Shown here: positions 24,851-36,963 of the stretch, one piece after another
How the letters are laid out: each line of letters starts with the position of its first letter
Position numbering within the stretch: the first letter of the stretch is position 1
DNA from: Malacoraja senta
Taxonomy: Eukaryota
Length of the DNA: 64,000 bases
Assembly (NCBI GenBank): GCA_038087875.1
Contig: JAXLNO010000324.1
Span: 62,001-126,000, forward strand
Reading direction: 5' to 3'
The notes under the pieces: model-generated
Told to the model about the DNA's origin: nothing
The model's database searches: none
Seen by the model: the letters and a program-made list of their open reading frames with translations, nothing else
Made by a program: the position numbers and the translations under genes

Positions 24851-25445
24851 TCTGGAAAAATGCGCCCACACCAACAATAAAAATGTGGACATCAAATATG
24901 TTGGAAACATTACATCTGGAAGAGATGAGATTCCTCCTAGTAGGCAAAGTAGATCAATTTCAAAAGACGTGGTCTACGTTTTTGGACCTATTACAAGCAT
25001 GAGGTGCAATAGTAATTTAGTAAAACAAATAAATAAATAAAAGGTATCTGGACCTGGTAATGGGAGGTAAAATAAAAATAGACTTGGTTGGTAGTTCCTT
25101 CTCTATGAAGTATGGTATAAGAGTCATAATAGAGCGATTGTTCCTTCTTTCTTTCTCTTTTTTTTCTAGGGTCTATTTTCTAACTTTACTTCCTTCTCTA
25201 ACCTCTTTTCTAAGGGGCTTTCTTTTCCCAACACTCTTTTGCACTTCACAACCTTTGCGCACTTTCTTCACTTTTCTTACTTCTTTCTTTTTCTTTCTTA
25301 AAGTTTAAAAAAGTGAAGCGGTACAAAAAATGTATTAATATATACGTGTTGTACATTACTGTAATCTACCGTACTTCTAAAAAATAAAAAAAATAAAATA
25401 AAAAAATAAAAAAAAAATAAAAAAAATAAAAAAAAAAAAAAAAAA
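24851..25445 (+). mobile_element. 5'-truncated L1/Tx1-clade LINE nested in the ERV leader
   Basis: 14-bp TSD AAATCAAGTATTTG at 24837-24850 and 25446-25459; poly(A) at ~25379-25445; starts WKNAPTPTIKMWTSNMLETLHLEEMRFLL, homologous to 12376-12994. Confidence 0.92.
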
Positions 25446-26223
25446 AAATCAAGTATTTGAAAATTTAGCTGTAAATATACTCAGACTCGAACTCGATCTC
25501 CTAATTTTTAGTGCGAATCTCTCTTATTACGCAGGCTCTCGAATCAGCTAAAATTGCCCAATTAAATTCTTGAACGAGCTGGATATTCCAGCCAATCTAT
25601 ACTCTGTTCGTTCAATCTCGGTACCTTCTCGAGGCTCTTCGTCCGTTACTTCAGGGAGAGACTCAGACACCTACACACAGATACACCCTTCTGCTAAGTA
25701 CTGAGGATCCAGCGCCTAGCTGCTTCGCGCTGTGAATTATCGATCCCGTTTTTTGAAGCGCACCTTTTCAATTCGTGCTCCTGGCAGTGATCTGATCGAA
25801 GGCGAGACCTGTCTTTCAATACCCCAGCAATTCGGATACCAAGTCTAACCCTGGGCCACTCCTCGCCCGATGAAGCGCGTTTGGCTCTCGTTAAAGGTAG
25901 TTGCAGTCTGCCCAACTATGACCAGTTTTGGGCCTCTAACCCAGGAAAGGGCCTCTAACCCAACTCTACCAGGGCCTCTAACCCCAGCCTAGTTTTATGG
26001 GCCTCCAACCCAAAGGCGTGCTAACCACTCCCCCTTGCTTGCTAGACTCTGTTCTAATGATATCGATTAGACCCTTTCCCAAGCCCGCGAATGATCGATC
26101 CGCTCCGACTCACGAAGTGCCGAAATTCAATGCTGAAACTGCACCGTGAGCCCAATTTCTGCACTCTGGATCGAAACAGCTCAACACCCTTGATCGCAAA
26201 CTTGTCTTTGGGGATCTTTTGAG

Positions 26224-26241
26224 ATTCCGGACGAGCCCCCA
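26224..26241 (-). promoter_or_regulatory. Primer-binding site for tRNA-Pro
   Basis: Minus TGGGGGCTCGTCCGGAAT, 17/18 match to the MLV-type PBS-Pro TGGGGGCTCGTCCGGGAT, 1 nt after the LTR end. Confidence 0.93.
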
Positions 26242-26242
26242 A

Positions 26243-27013
26243 TGATAATTGCTCGTTTCTAAGCTTCCGCCCCAGTCTAGTTTCAATTAAAACACTGAAT
26301 CAAGCACTTGAAACAACTAAATTTTATTTTACCAAAAGCGTCACAGATCAAACACTGTACCTATCCCACCGCGGGTTTGATCCTTGCGTCTGCCTGTTCA
26401 AGCCATCTAGGCCTCGCTCAGACAGAGACACTCCAGAAGTTCATGCAGTCCCGAGCGCTCTTCCAGAAGATCGACGCTGAGTCTCGTGGTAGCGGACTTA
26501 TATATGTCCTGGGACCTCGAGGAGCCAAACCACATGGGGGTGGTCTCTCAATAACCCAATTACAGATATCGATTAACCCCATACATAACAGGCATTCCCC
26601 TAACCCAATGATACAACAGTTGAATACATTGTATTCAAAACGGACTTTGAGAGGAAGTCAACTTGGAAACATTTACCCTGATTTACAGAAAACCCAGACA
26701 AGGCTCAACACCTCATCCAATCAACACCATGCAAAGTCAGACTGTGCAACATTATTTACAACTATTTACAAGGTGTATGTCTGGTTTGCAGCCATCCAAT
26801 CAATTCGATGCATTTTGCACCAGATTAACAGGGTTTGCAGATCTTCCCATTCCTTGCTTGCAAATTGTATCTGAGCTCCAGACACTCTGGCAGCTCTCTG
26901 CAGCCTGACCCAGCTCTGCAGAGAGTAATTCCAATTTGACCAAAACTCCCAGCAAGCCTGAAACTTACCCCTATTTCGAAGTCTTAGCTGCTCCAATTTA
27001 GCCAGGATTAACA
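26243..27013 (-). repeat. 5' LTR of the ERV (771 bp, TG...CA)
   Basis: TGTTAA...TATCA termini on minus; TATATAA at 26504-26498 and AATAAA at 26328-26323 in U3-R-U5 order. Confidence 0.94.
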
Positions 27014-27061
27014 ACTGTATTATCTCCATTTGAAAACTGGGCCAATAGTTGATTAATGTTA

Positions 27062-27276
27062 GACACAAAAAGCTGGAGTAACTCAGCGGGACAGGAAGCA
27101 TTTTGGACAGAAGGAATGGGTGACGTTTCAGGTCGAGACCCTTGTTTAGACTGGCACTCGACCCGAAACGTCACCCATTCCTTCTCTCCAGAGATGCTGC
27201 CTGTCCCGCTGAGTTACTCCAGCTTTTTGTGTCTATCTTCGGTTTAAACCAGCATCTGCAGTTCCTTCTTACACTT
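27062..27276. mobile_element. Palindromic Penelope-like-derived short element
   Basis: ~80-bp inverted arms (GACACAAAAAGCTGGAGTAACTCAGCGGGACAGG...), tail AAACCAGCATCTGCAGTTCC; perfect 14-bp TSD GTTGATTAATGTTA at 27048-27061 and 27277-27290. Confidence 0.8.
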
Positions 27277-28347
27277 GTTGATTAATGTTAACAGTATCTC
27301 TGCAAACAGCAAATAACTAACAAATGGAGTGAATAGGTAGTGCAAAACTTCAATTGTCATTCTACGGGGATTGAAATATGTGGATCATTCTATATATTGT
27401 CACAGTGACAGAGTACTAATGGAATGGAGGCAAAATTATGCACCGTATATCGGAGATGCAATCAGGTCTAAGTAAAGGCATTTCTAGTCCAAACATAAAA
27501 TATGGGCATCCTGAATCATTTCCCATTATGTCCCATTGTACAGAATGCTTAATCCAAGTATAACAGTTAATACGGAGGCCAGGGCCAAGGCAGTAAATAT
27601 TTCCCTCCTCAATACCCTGTTTTTTAACATTTCTATTTAGATTAAGTATGGCTCAACCCATGCCAAACAGCACTGCAGAGAGCAATGTATTCTTGAGGTT
27701 TAATCACTTTTGGGTAAATTATTACTTTTCTTTCCCTGTTTCAGAGGAATTTGTTTGCTTTTGAGAGGGAATTGCCAATGATTGAAAATCAGCGATTAAA
27801 TCTGCAGATGTTGGATATCTGAAATAAAAAGAGATGTTAGAAACATAATTGTTTGCTTTAAAATAGAGTTTTACTTGTTCAGACCCTTTCAAAGGCATAG
27901 GCCATGTTATACAGAGAACTAAGAGATGTGATGTTTAGAATGGGGGCAAAACACATGTACGCAGTGGTGATGAGGAGAAGGACCCTTGTTTAAGTTGGGT
28001 GGAAGATATTTGTGTTATGAACATGAAACCACTCCCTTAGCGTCTGGTTACACTAGAGTCAGTGGACCACAAATTCATTCACACAAATCTCTCAAAAAAC
28101 AGTGTTAAACAGTAGCTCAGTCTGGAGACAGCAATGCTGCTCACATTTCTCGGTGTGATAGCACTCATCCTCAAACTTGTCTCTTTTTATTGGAGGGATT
28201 TCACTCTTCCTCACACTTTTCGCTAAGAGTACTATTGCCCAATATAACAACAATAGGACAAAATGAAAATTTCATTGACACTGTGATTTTCAACTTCACT
28301 TGTCTAGAATGTGACAGATGTCATTTCTTCACAAAGCCAGGATTTGA

Positions 28348-28630
28348 TTTAGTTTAGTTTAGAGACGAAACGTGGAAACAGGCCTTTCCACGCTAACCAA
28401 CAATCCCCGCAAACTAACACTATCCTACACAGACACTATTTACAATTTTTAGCTAAGCCAATTAACTTACAAACCTATACATCTTTGGATTGTTGGGGGG
28501 AAACTGAAGCAACTGGAGAAAACCCACACGGTACGAGGAATAACGTACAAACTCAATAGAGACAGCACCTATAGTCAGGATCGAACTCGGGTCTCTGGCA
28601 CTGTGAGGCACTTTGCCACTATGCCGCCCT
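28348..28630 (-). mobile_element. HE1-type V-SINE
   Basis: (TTTAG)n tail, TGGAAACAGGCC, AAGCCAATTAAC and GGATCGAACTCGGG (B-box complement). Confidence 0.85.
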
Positions 28631-28740
28631 CTTCAATATTTCTAATCACCAATAGGATTGCCCTGTTAGCCAGTATACCTGATGTGCTAAATAATCTCCT
28701 TCTCATAAATAAATATGGAAAAAAAAATGAAACAACATTA

Positions 28741-29281
28741 TGGGCCTGTCCCACTTAGCCGATTTTTTCGGCGATTGCCAGTGACTGTCATAGTCGTAGC
28801 AGGTCGCCGAAAAAACGGCGACTGGACCCCCCCTACAACAATGTTCACGACAATGTCTACAACAACCTACCACCTAGTCGACGTCCAGCAACGGTAAGCT
28901 ACCGACAACCGGCGACCCATTAGGACATCCACCTAGGACCACACCTATGACAACCTACGTCCACCCGCGACAAGCTATGACAAGGTAAGACAATTCAGTC
29001 GCTGGTACCTGTCGCCGGTTGACGTAGGTAGTCGCCCATGGAATTCACCGAAGTCAGCACCAGCGACAACCCACGTCATCCTGGCGACAACATACGTCAT
29101 CCTGGTGACAACCTATGACAAACCAACTGTCGCCGACCGGCGCCGAAAAGTTTAGAACATTTCAAAATCCAGCGATCACCAGAAAAACGCTACGATTCTT
29201 TGGGCAACTGAGGAGACTATACAGACAACACCCCGGCGACCATGTGGTCGCCTAAAAAATCACCTAAGTGGGACAGGGGCA
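28741..29281. mobile_element. PIF/Harbinger-type MITE
   Basis: TIR TGGGCCTGTCCCACTTAG / CTAAGTGGGACAGGGGCA; TTA on both sides; internal GACAACCTAC-type short repeats. Confidence 0.88.
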
Positions 29282-31001
29282 TTAGAGTGATGTTTTTAAA
29301 TTGGAGAAAGCACTGGGCTTCATATCATCTGTGAACTGGTTGGATGATTCACACAATGATCGGACAGATTAAGTACAAATTGTTGTGGACAAAAATATGG
29401 TATTGGTTTATTATTGTCACATCTATTGAGATACAGTAGAAATATTCACAAAGTAAGCAGGTGCTGCGGACTAGTACTACCTGATGTTGATAAATTAGCA
29501 AGGAATCACAATAATGTTAACAGGAAATGACTCAACACAGCAACGCCATGGCAATTGTTGAACTTGTTTTGAAAGAAGGCCAGTTTATGTTTCAAAACAT
29601 CTGTGCAGCCAAGGTAAATGGAAACTCTGAATGGCACAAGATGATGCCAGGGCAGAATCAGGGCTACATTTTCAATGCAATAGATACAATAGATAACCTC
29701 CATTTCAGATGTCGAAGGATGAAAAGATTAATGAATCGCTTCCCAAGGGCCTTGTTTCACCTACTGCCTGATAATTTCTACTAATTTATCTTGTAGGAGC
29801 CATCCAGGATGATTGGCACTTTCCGCTTCACAGGAAGTGCTCAATGCCTTTTATTGTGGATCTTTCCCCACTTCCCCAAGGCTTTATAACAAGCTGGAAT
29901 TGTTATTAAATCACAAACAAAACCCGTGCCCTGCTCATCCAAGTCGCCAGCTGCAACAGAGTCCTGTTAGTGTTCAGTAATCCAGAGTCTGTTTTGTTTG
30001 ATAAAATTCAATATCCTCAATAAATGGAGCCAGAATGAATCTTTGAGAAAGTACACTTTGAGTGACTTGGGAGTGGTTCTCAACACGAGAGATCACTTCC
30101 TTTATTTTGAGCAATAATCTGACAAAAAAGGTCAGGAATAAAGTTAGATTTGGACATTATATGAATAGGGGAAAACTGACACTTAGGACAATTATGCAGC
30201 TCCCCACTTACTTCATGAGATAATTTCAGATACACAGGGGGATAATAGAAGGCGGGATCACTGACTAATCCTGCCCAGTAAACTGGCATATACTGAATAA
30301 ATACTTTGTAGTTGGTAACTATTATCATGTAACCAATTAGACCCGCTGTGCTAATTAGGTCCAGTTCCATGAGTCCCAAAGTAACCATGGCAATGAATGA
30401 GCATGAAAGAGATGGATTAGTGATAGAAAATGAGCTTCTTGTTTTCCTGATATAGGTGAAAATGTCTTTCGTTATAGTGTAGTAGTAATGACATGTTTAA
30501 TTAAGAAATGCCACCACAATTACATCATTATCTATGGTCACTTAGAACCCTTGTAACTTTTAAGTGCAATTTGCCTGAATCCTACGGTCTTTCAGTGGAA
30601 CAGGGATTCAACATTCAATTATTTCTGTTAATTGGAGGATGTTTTGCATTCTGGCATCACCTCCTCACTAGAAAGTCCAATCAGTTTTGTTTGAAATGTA
30701 TTATTCGGTAATATTCTAAAGCACCAGTCTGGTAAACCACAAAGCATTGAAATATGGGCTCATTCCATTGATAACACTGTATTCTAAATACTCAATCTCA
30801 GTCATTACATTTAGGTAAGATAACTAAAGATTATTTTGTAATGAAGATACTGCTTTGCAGTTCAGACATTTTGCACAAAATGCTGATTGAAGTTTCAGTT
30901 TTCAAAAATATATATTTGGAAAATCACAAAATGTCACACGTCAATGTAAAAGGGGAACATTTTTTTCAAAAAATGTTCTATTCAAATGTATATCTCAATG
31001 T

Positions 31002-31544
31002 CGACACAAAAAGCTGGAGTAACTCAGCAGGTCAGGCAGGTGAATTTTCAGTTCAAGACCATTTTTCTGACTGAGAGTCAGGGAAAGGAAAACGAGAGAT
31101 TATAGATGGTGATGTAGAGAGATATGGAACAAATGAATGGAAGATGTGCAAAAAGTAACGATGATCAAGGAAAGATGGAGTACACAATGGTCTATTGTTG
31201 GCTGTGGGCTAGGTATTAACGAGTTATACCGACAATGTCCCTCCCCCACCTTAGTTGTCATTCTAGTTTCACTGTCGTCCTGTTGAGCTTCAGTGTCTGT
31301 ATAACTCGTTATCACCGAGCCCACAACTAATAATGGACCATAGGTAGACACAAAATGCTGGAGTAACTCAGCGGAACAGGCAGCATCTCTGAAGAGAAGG
31401 AAAGGGCGACTGAAGAAGGGTCTCGACCCGAAACATCACTTATTCCATTTCTCCAGAGATGCTGCCTGACCCACTGAGTTACTCCAGCTTTTTGTTTCTA
31501 TCTTTGGTTTAAACCAGCTTCTGCAGTTCCTTCCGACACACATT
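31002..31544. mobile_element. Longer composite Penelope-like-derived element with nested inversions
   Basis: Family arm at 31002, internal IR (~31187-31230 vs ~31297-31342), full palindrome from ~31345 with CTGAAGAAGGGTCTCGACCCGAAAC at 31410; TSD TCTCAATGT at 30993-31001 and 31545-31553. Confidence 0.75.
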
Positions 31545-31689
31545 TCTCAATGTATGTGAGTGGTAACCTTCTGCAACTTTATTAATTCAGCTGAAAATTG
31601 ATTTATCATTACAAATAATAATTGTAACAAATATGTCATGTCCTGTACCTGATTTAGAAACACTGAAAATTAAAATGTAAATGTTTCAG

Positions 31690-31895
31690 AGAACACAAAG
31701 TACTGGAGTAACTCAGCGGGTCAGGCAACATCTCTGACGGACATGGGTAGGCAACGTTTCAGGTCCGAATCCTTCTTCAGACCAGACCTGAAACATCGCG
31801 TATCCATGTCCTTCAGAGATGCTGCCTGGCGCTGAGTTACTCCAGAACTTAGTCTTCTATGCAAGATCCCAGCATCTGCAGTTTCTTGTGTCTCA
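31690..31895. mobile_element. Palindromic Penelope-like-derived short element (diverged)
   Basis: Same arms and tail; flanked by TAAATGTTTCA / TAAATATTTCA. Confidence 0.72.
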
Positions 31896-32134
31896 TTAAA
31901 TATTTCAATGCAGTGGTAAACTAATTAAGTAAAGAAAAATTAATGCAGCTCTGTGTTTCTTTTCTGAACTTCAGAACGTCCCCATTATGAGAGATTGCGG
32001 AAAGTGTCTATTATTGACTATGCTTTTAAAGAAATTAGTGAAATTTTAACCTTTTCAAATCTGTACAATTGTCCACATCTCACAGTTTCCATATGGGACA
32101 AGGCCAATTAAACAAAATTAAAAATGGCAGAAAG

Positions 32135-32460
32135 AACATAACATAGAACAGTATAGCACAGGAACAGGCTGTTTAGCCCACAATGTTTGTGCTGAACTTA
32201 ATGCCAAGTTAAACTGATCTCATCTGCCTCTACATGATCCATATCCCTCTATTCCCTGCACTTCCATGTGCCTATCTAAATGTCTCCTCAAGGCCACTAT
32301 CGTATCTGCATTGACAGTGCATTCCAGGCCCCAACCACTGTGTGTAAAAAAACTTGCTCCACACATCTCCACACATTAAATGTTCCTCTCTAACCTTAGA
32401 GCTGTGACCTCTAGTGTTGGACATTTCCACCTTGAGAAAAAAATTCTGACTACCTATCTT
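32135..32460 (-). mobile_element. Degraded CR1 3' fragment
   Basis: AGCACAGGAACAGGC..GCCCAC tail complement, CCATATCCCTCTATTCC and GTGACCTCTAGT (TRGH). Confidence 0.7.
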
Positions 32461-32690
32461 TCCCGAACCACAAATATTTGGGTATGACTCACTTACGTTG
32501 TGCTGGAATGCAATGGTCCATTTTTGGGTAAGTTGAACCTAATTAGGACCACTTATGTAAATAATTAGAGTAGAATCCACAGGTCTCATGAAAGGAAAAT
32601 ATCTGTCCGTACCCGGGGTACAACAGCACTGGTTTTGCGTGAGCTTTGCAGATGTGAAAATGTAAGATGGTTAGCAGAAGCATAGTTTTA

Positions 32691-32925
32691 AGGGCCTGTC
32701 CCACTTGGCGATTTTTTCGGCGACTGCCGGCGTCATATCAGTGTCGCCAAAAGATTTTGAACATTTCAAAGTCCAGCAGCGACAAAAAAAATGTTGTGAC
32801 ACTTGAAAAAACACCGCACGTCATTCGTCATCACACCGCGTCACGCCGCAAACTTTTCGGTGACCTGATACGTCAGTCAATGATGACGGCAGTCGCCGAA
32901 AAAATCGGCAAGTGGAACAGGCCCT
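32691..32925. mobile_element. PIF/Harbinger-type MITE (235 bp)
   Basis: ~37-bp TIR AGGGCCTGTCCCACTTGGCGATTTTTTCGGCGACTGCCG; TTA on both sides. Confidence 0.92.
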
Positions 32926-35219
32926 TTACTATTACAGCTTTGACCCTTTTCTGTTCCTGCATTTTATAATGTAGAGGCTTTCATTATTAAGTGTTTTGAT
33001 TAAACTTTATCAGCCACAACAAGGTCATTTGGGAATGATGCTTATTACAGCTGTGTTTCTGGAGTACCAGTTTATCGATTGGAATAGAGTGAGAGCTTTG
33101 ATTGTAACCTCTGCTGTATGAGGATTAGAAACCTTTGAAGTCAGGAAGTTTGTGCCTGAAACATGTGGGTTTTATGGGAACATTTCACCGTACAGTATTT
33201 ACTTACAACACAGAATGCTTTCCGATCAGTCACATCAACTCATTCCTCCACTTATTTCCCTGTAACCTCATCTGTATCACATGTCCATCAATTCTTCCTG
33301 CCCTCTATCTGTACTAGGGGCAATTTACAGTTCAAATTAACATGCCAGCACAACTATGGGTGAGGGAGGAAACTGGAGTACCTGAAGAAATTCTGAAGAG
33401 GAGTGTCAGGGGTGTCAGAGGTTATGGGGAGAAGGCATGAGAATGGGGCTAGGATGTGTGAGATAGATCAGCCATGATTGAATTGATGGGCTGAATTGCT
33501 TAATTCTGCTCCTTATCACTTCTGAAAACCAGCAAGATCAGGGAAAACATGCAGATTTCATGCCAACAGTAGCAGAGGTGAGGAATGTCATGAATGAACC
33601 CTGCACTGTACAGCAGCAGCATCTCTAGTTGATGTGTCACAGCGTCAACACTATATTTTGGGGAGAGTGATATAAGTGTATTAGCAACATTTTGACAGTT
33701 TTACAATGCCTCCACTGCAGTCTTCCATTTTCATCTTGTACATACATCCAGTGATCTAGAATGTTGTCTCCCATATTGTCACCTATCTTGATACACGTGA
33801 TAATAATAAACTGATACCAATACCAGTATCCTATCCTGCATTAGAATCACCCATTATCACTGTTCTTGCTGAAATTAAGTTTGCTATCACCACAAATTTA
33901 AACTTTTCCTCCTCACTGTTAAATCTCATTTGGTTTATACATCGGCTGCGCAAACTATATTCATCTGACTCAAACCACCTATTCATCTTTCCAACTTCCC
34001 TTCCATCTTAAATCTATCCTAAACTTTTCTTATGCCCTCTCCTAATCCCACAACTCTCACCTGGAGAGAAGCAGATGTGTGAGAATATTATCACAACTAG
34101 GTTTCCTTTCATCCTTCCCCAATACTAACTTGGGCATAAGTCGCTGCTTCATTACTATAATTTGCTGAGCAGATTTGGTACTGATTGAACCCACAGCTGG
34201 AGGATAAGAGATATACCATTTCTTTGCAATGGGCCAAAATTACTTCAGTAAAACAGCGTCAGCTTGATTTTTATATTTAGCTTTATTTGTTTTACTTTTT
34301 ATGTTTGTATTTAGTTTATTAAAGTGGTTTAATATGAAACATTTACAGAGCGTGAGCCATACCTCTGGCAGTGAGCAAGGGGATGGGCCTTAGGTTCCAC
34401 TTCCCACCTCATCTTTCTTACAGATGAACAACCAAGTAAAAGACTCCAGCACAATGTGTCCTCCTGCAAAGCTGTGAAAGTTTAATGAGTCACAAGGGTC
34501 ACGAATGGGGGAGTTGTGAGATGATTATCAGGCATTGGCAAGGTTGAATCCAGTTGAATGTTTTACTTGCTCACCATGGACAAGCTACAGTATTTGATGT
34601 TGAGCTTCCTCTAACACATTATTCCCAGGGGCTGCCCTTTCATGGGTCCATTCCTGGCAGCAATGCCTTTCCAGCAAACATTTATTTTCTGCCTCCCACA
34701 CCGTCCCTTCTGGAGATCTGCTCGATTGAATCCTTGGCCTTCATCCTTGTTCTGCCCTCAGTGATGTCATCCTCTGGCACACAGAGCTATGGTGATTATC
34801 CTGATCAATGACCACAGGCTTTTAGTTTTCTTTTTACTTAAGCTGGAAAGTACAGAATTCATTTTATTCATGTGGGCTGGTGGTTTATAAATGTTCCAAT
34901 ATGTAGGAATCCTTGTGAATATTGCCACTTTACTGAAGACCTCCTGCAAGTTATCATTTACCCAAAGGAAAGCATTTCCAGATAACATTCTTTGTATTGT
35001 TACAAGAGAAGCAATTGTGGCATTTTTAACTCTATCCAACAAGGGGATAAAAAATATAATATTCAGCAGTAACTTATTTTATCAGCCCTTAACTAGTTTG
35101 CTATTGACTTAAATTCTTACAGGCAAACCCAAAGTTCTTTAGGCCTTAATTTCGAGAATACAAGTATAAGATTATAAGGTAGAAAGGGAGATGAGGTCCT
35201 GGAAAGAGAATGGAGGCTA

Positions 35220-36360
35220 AAATCTGCTGGCGGAGAGAGGGTTTTCTCTGGTGCGTTGGAGGATGGGGGAGACCTGATTGATTATATAATGATCAAAGGC
35301 ATAGATGGGGCAGACAGCCCTTTTTCACTGGATGAAAATGTCAAAGACAAGAGGGCATTGCTTTATAGTGAGTGGGGAAAGTTTAAAGGAAATATGCAGG
35401 AGTGATGGTGAAAGCAGATACAATATTGGTGTTTAGAGACTTTCGGAGAGGCAATTGACTCTGAAAAACAACCTTCCACTACCACCCTCTGCATCCCGCC
35501 ACCAAGCCAATTTTATATCCACTGCCTCGCTCACCCTAGATCCCATATGATCTCACCTTCCAAACCATTTACCATGTGGGACCTTGTCACAAGCCTTGCT
35601 AAAGTCCATCTAGACATTGTCTACTGCCTGCCCTCATAAATCCTCTTGGTCACCTCTTCACAGAGCACAATTAAATTCATCAGATACGATTTCCCATGTG
35701 CACATGACTATGCCTAATCAGTCTTTGCCTTTCCAAATCTCCTCCAGTAAATTTCCCATCATTGATATCATGCTCACTGGCCTGTAGTTCCTTGGCTTGA
35801 CTTTGCACCCTTTTTAAAATAAAGGCATAACAATAACCATCCTCCAGTCTTGTGGTACCTCACACACTGAGATGAGAAAAACATTTTTTACACAGAGTGG
35901 TGAATCTCTGGAATTCTCTGCCACAGAATGTAGTTGAGGCCAGTTCATTGGCTATATTTAAGAGGGAGTTAGATGTGGCCCTTGTGGCTAAAGGGATCAG
36001 GGGGTATGGAGAGAAAGCAGGTACAGGATACTGAGTTGGATGATCAGCCATGATCATATTGAATGGCAGTGCAGGCTTGAAGGGCCGAATGGCCTACTCC
36101 TGCACCTATTTTCTATGTTTCTATGTTTCTATGAAAGACGGTACAAAGATCTTGCCCTTTCTTAGTTTCCCACAATGTCCAAGCATATATTTGGTCAGGT
36201 TCTGGGGATTTTTTGCCTTTCATGCACTGCAAGACCACCAACACCTCTTCTTTTGCAATGTCAATATGTTTCAGAACATTTCTCTTCTCTTCCCTGAACT
36301 CACTAGATTTAATAACTTTGCCATGGTAAATATAACAGGAGATCCTCTTCCCCGAACACA
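35220..36360. mobile_element. Cluster of CR1 fragments: old + piece, old - RT piece, young + 3' end at 35862-36131
   Basis: 35862-36131 is nearly identical to 4695-4945 with a (CTATGTTT)n tail; minus ORF 36113-36361 has KKSPEPDQIY (KSPGPD motif); minus DFSKA-like sequence near 35600. Confidence 0.8.
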
Positions 36361-36787
36361 CTAAGTTTCCATAACCTTGACCATGGCTATTATAGACAAA
36401 TTATATGTTATTTGCCAAAGACCCGTGATTTGTTATGGAATTCTTGCTGAAGAAATATATGCGTGTGTGTATATATATATGTGTATGTATGCATTTGTGT
36501 ATTGGGTGTGTGTGTGAGTGCATTGCTACTAGAAAGTGCTGCACCATCCGTGAACGCAAGCCTTGTACATCTCGTGCTTGAGGGACATTCATGTGTAAAC
36601 CTAGGGATAACCTGCTGATGTGTGCATGGGGAGAGATGAGGTAATGTAAGGGATTAATGCCTTCATTTATCAACACCTGCCAACCTCTAAATATTTTTAT
36701 TCCGTTATAGACCTTTCCCTTGTGGTATTGTTTTGTGACCAGGTTGAGACAACTTTCCTCAAAGGTTGCCAGTTCCTTCATGATCAA

Positions 36788-36963
36788 AACATAGAAACAT
36801 AGAAAATAGGTGCAGGAGTCGGCCATTCGGCCCTTCGTGCCAGCACCGCCATTCAATATGATCATGGCTGATCATCCAAAATCAGTATCCCGCTCCTGCT
36901 TTCTTGCCATATCTCTTGATTCCGTTAGCCCTAAGACCTAAATCTAACTCTCTCTTGAATACG
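36788..36963 (-). mobile_element. CR1 3' end fragment
   Basis: AAACATAGAAACATAGAAAATAGGTGCAGGAG...ATGATCATGGCTGATC, reverse complement of the CR1 3' UTR seen at 4860-4945. Confidence 0.88.

Larger units (their letters stand above)
17995..27013 (-). mobile_element. Endogenous retrovirus (class I, gamma/epsilon-like), defective, two LTRs
   Basis: Direct ~770-bp LTRs, PBS-Pro, PPT, gag fragments with MA/CA/CCHC features; 4-bp TSD ATTG (17991-17994) / ACTG (27014-27017) with one mismatch. Confidence 0.92.

Noticed and set aside
26308..26874. 188-aa antisense ORF within the LTR, echoed in the other LTR
   Set aside because: LTRs are identical at integration, so the echo is not independent; it is frameshifted in the 3' LTR, has a TTG start and no domain, and one such run can arise by chance in 64 kb.
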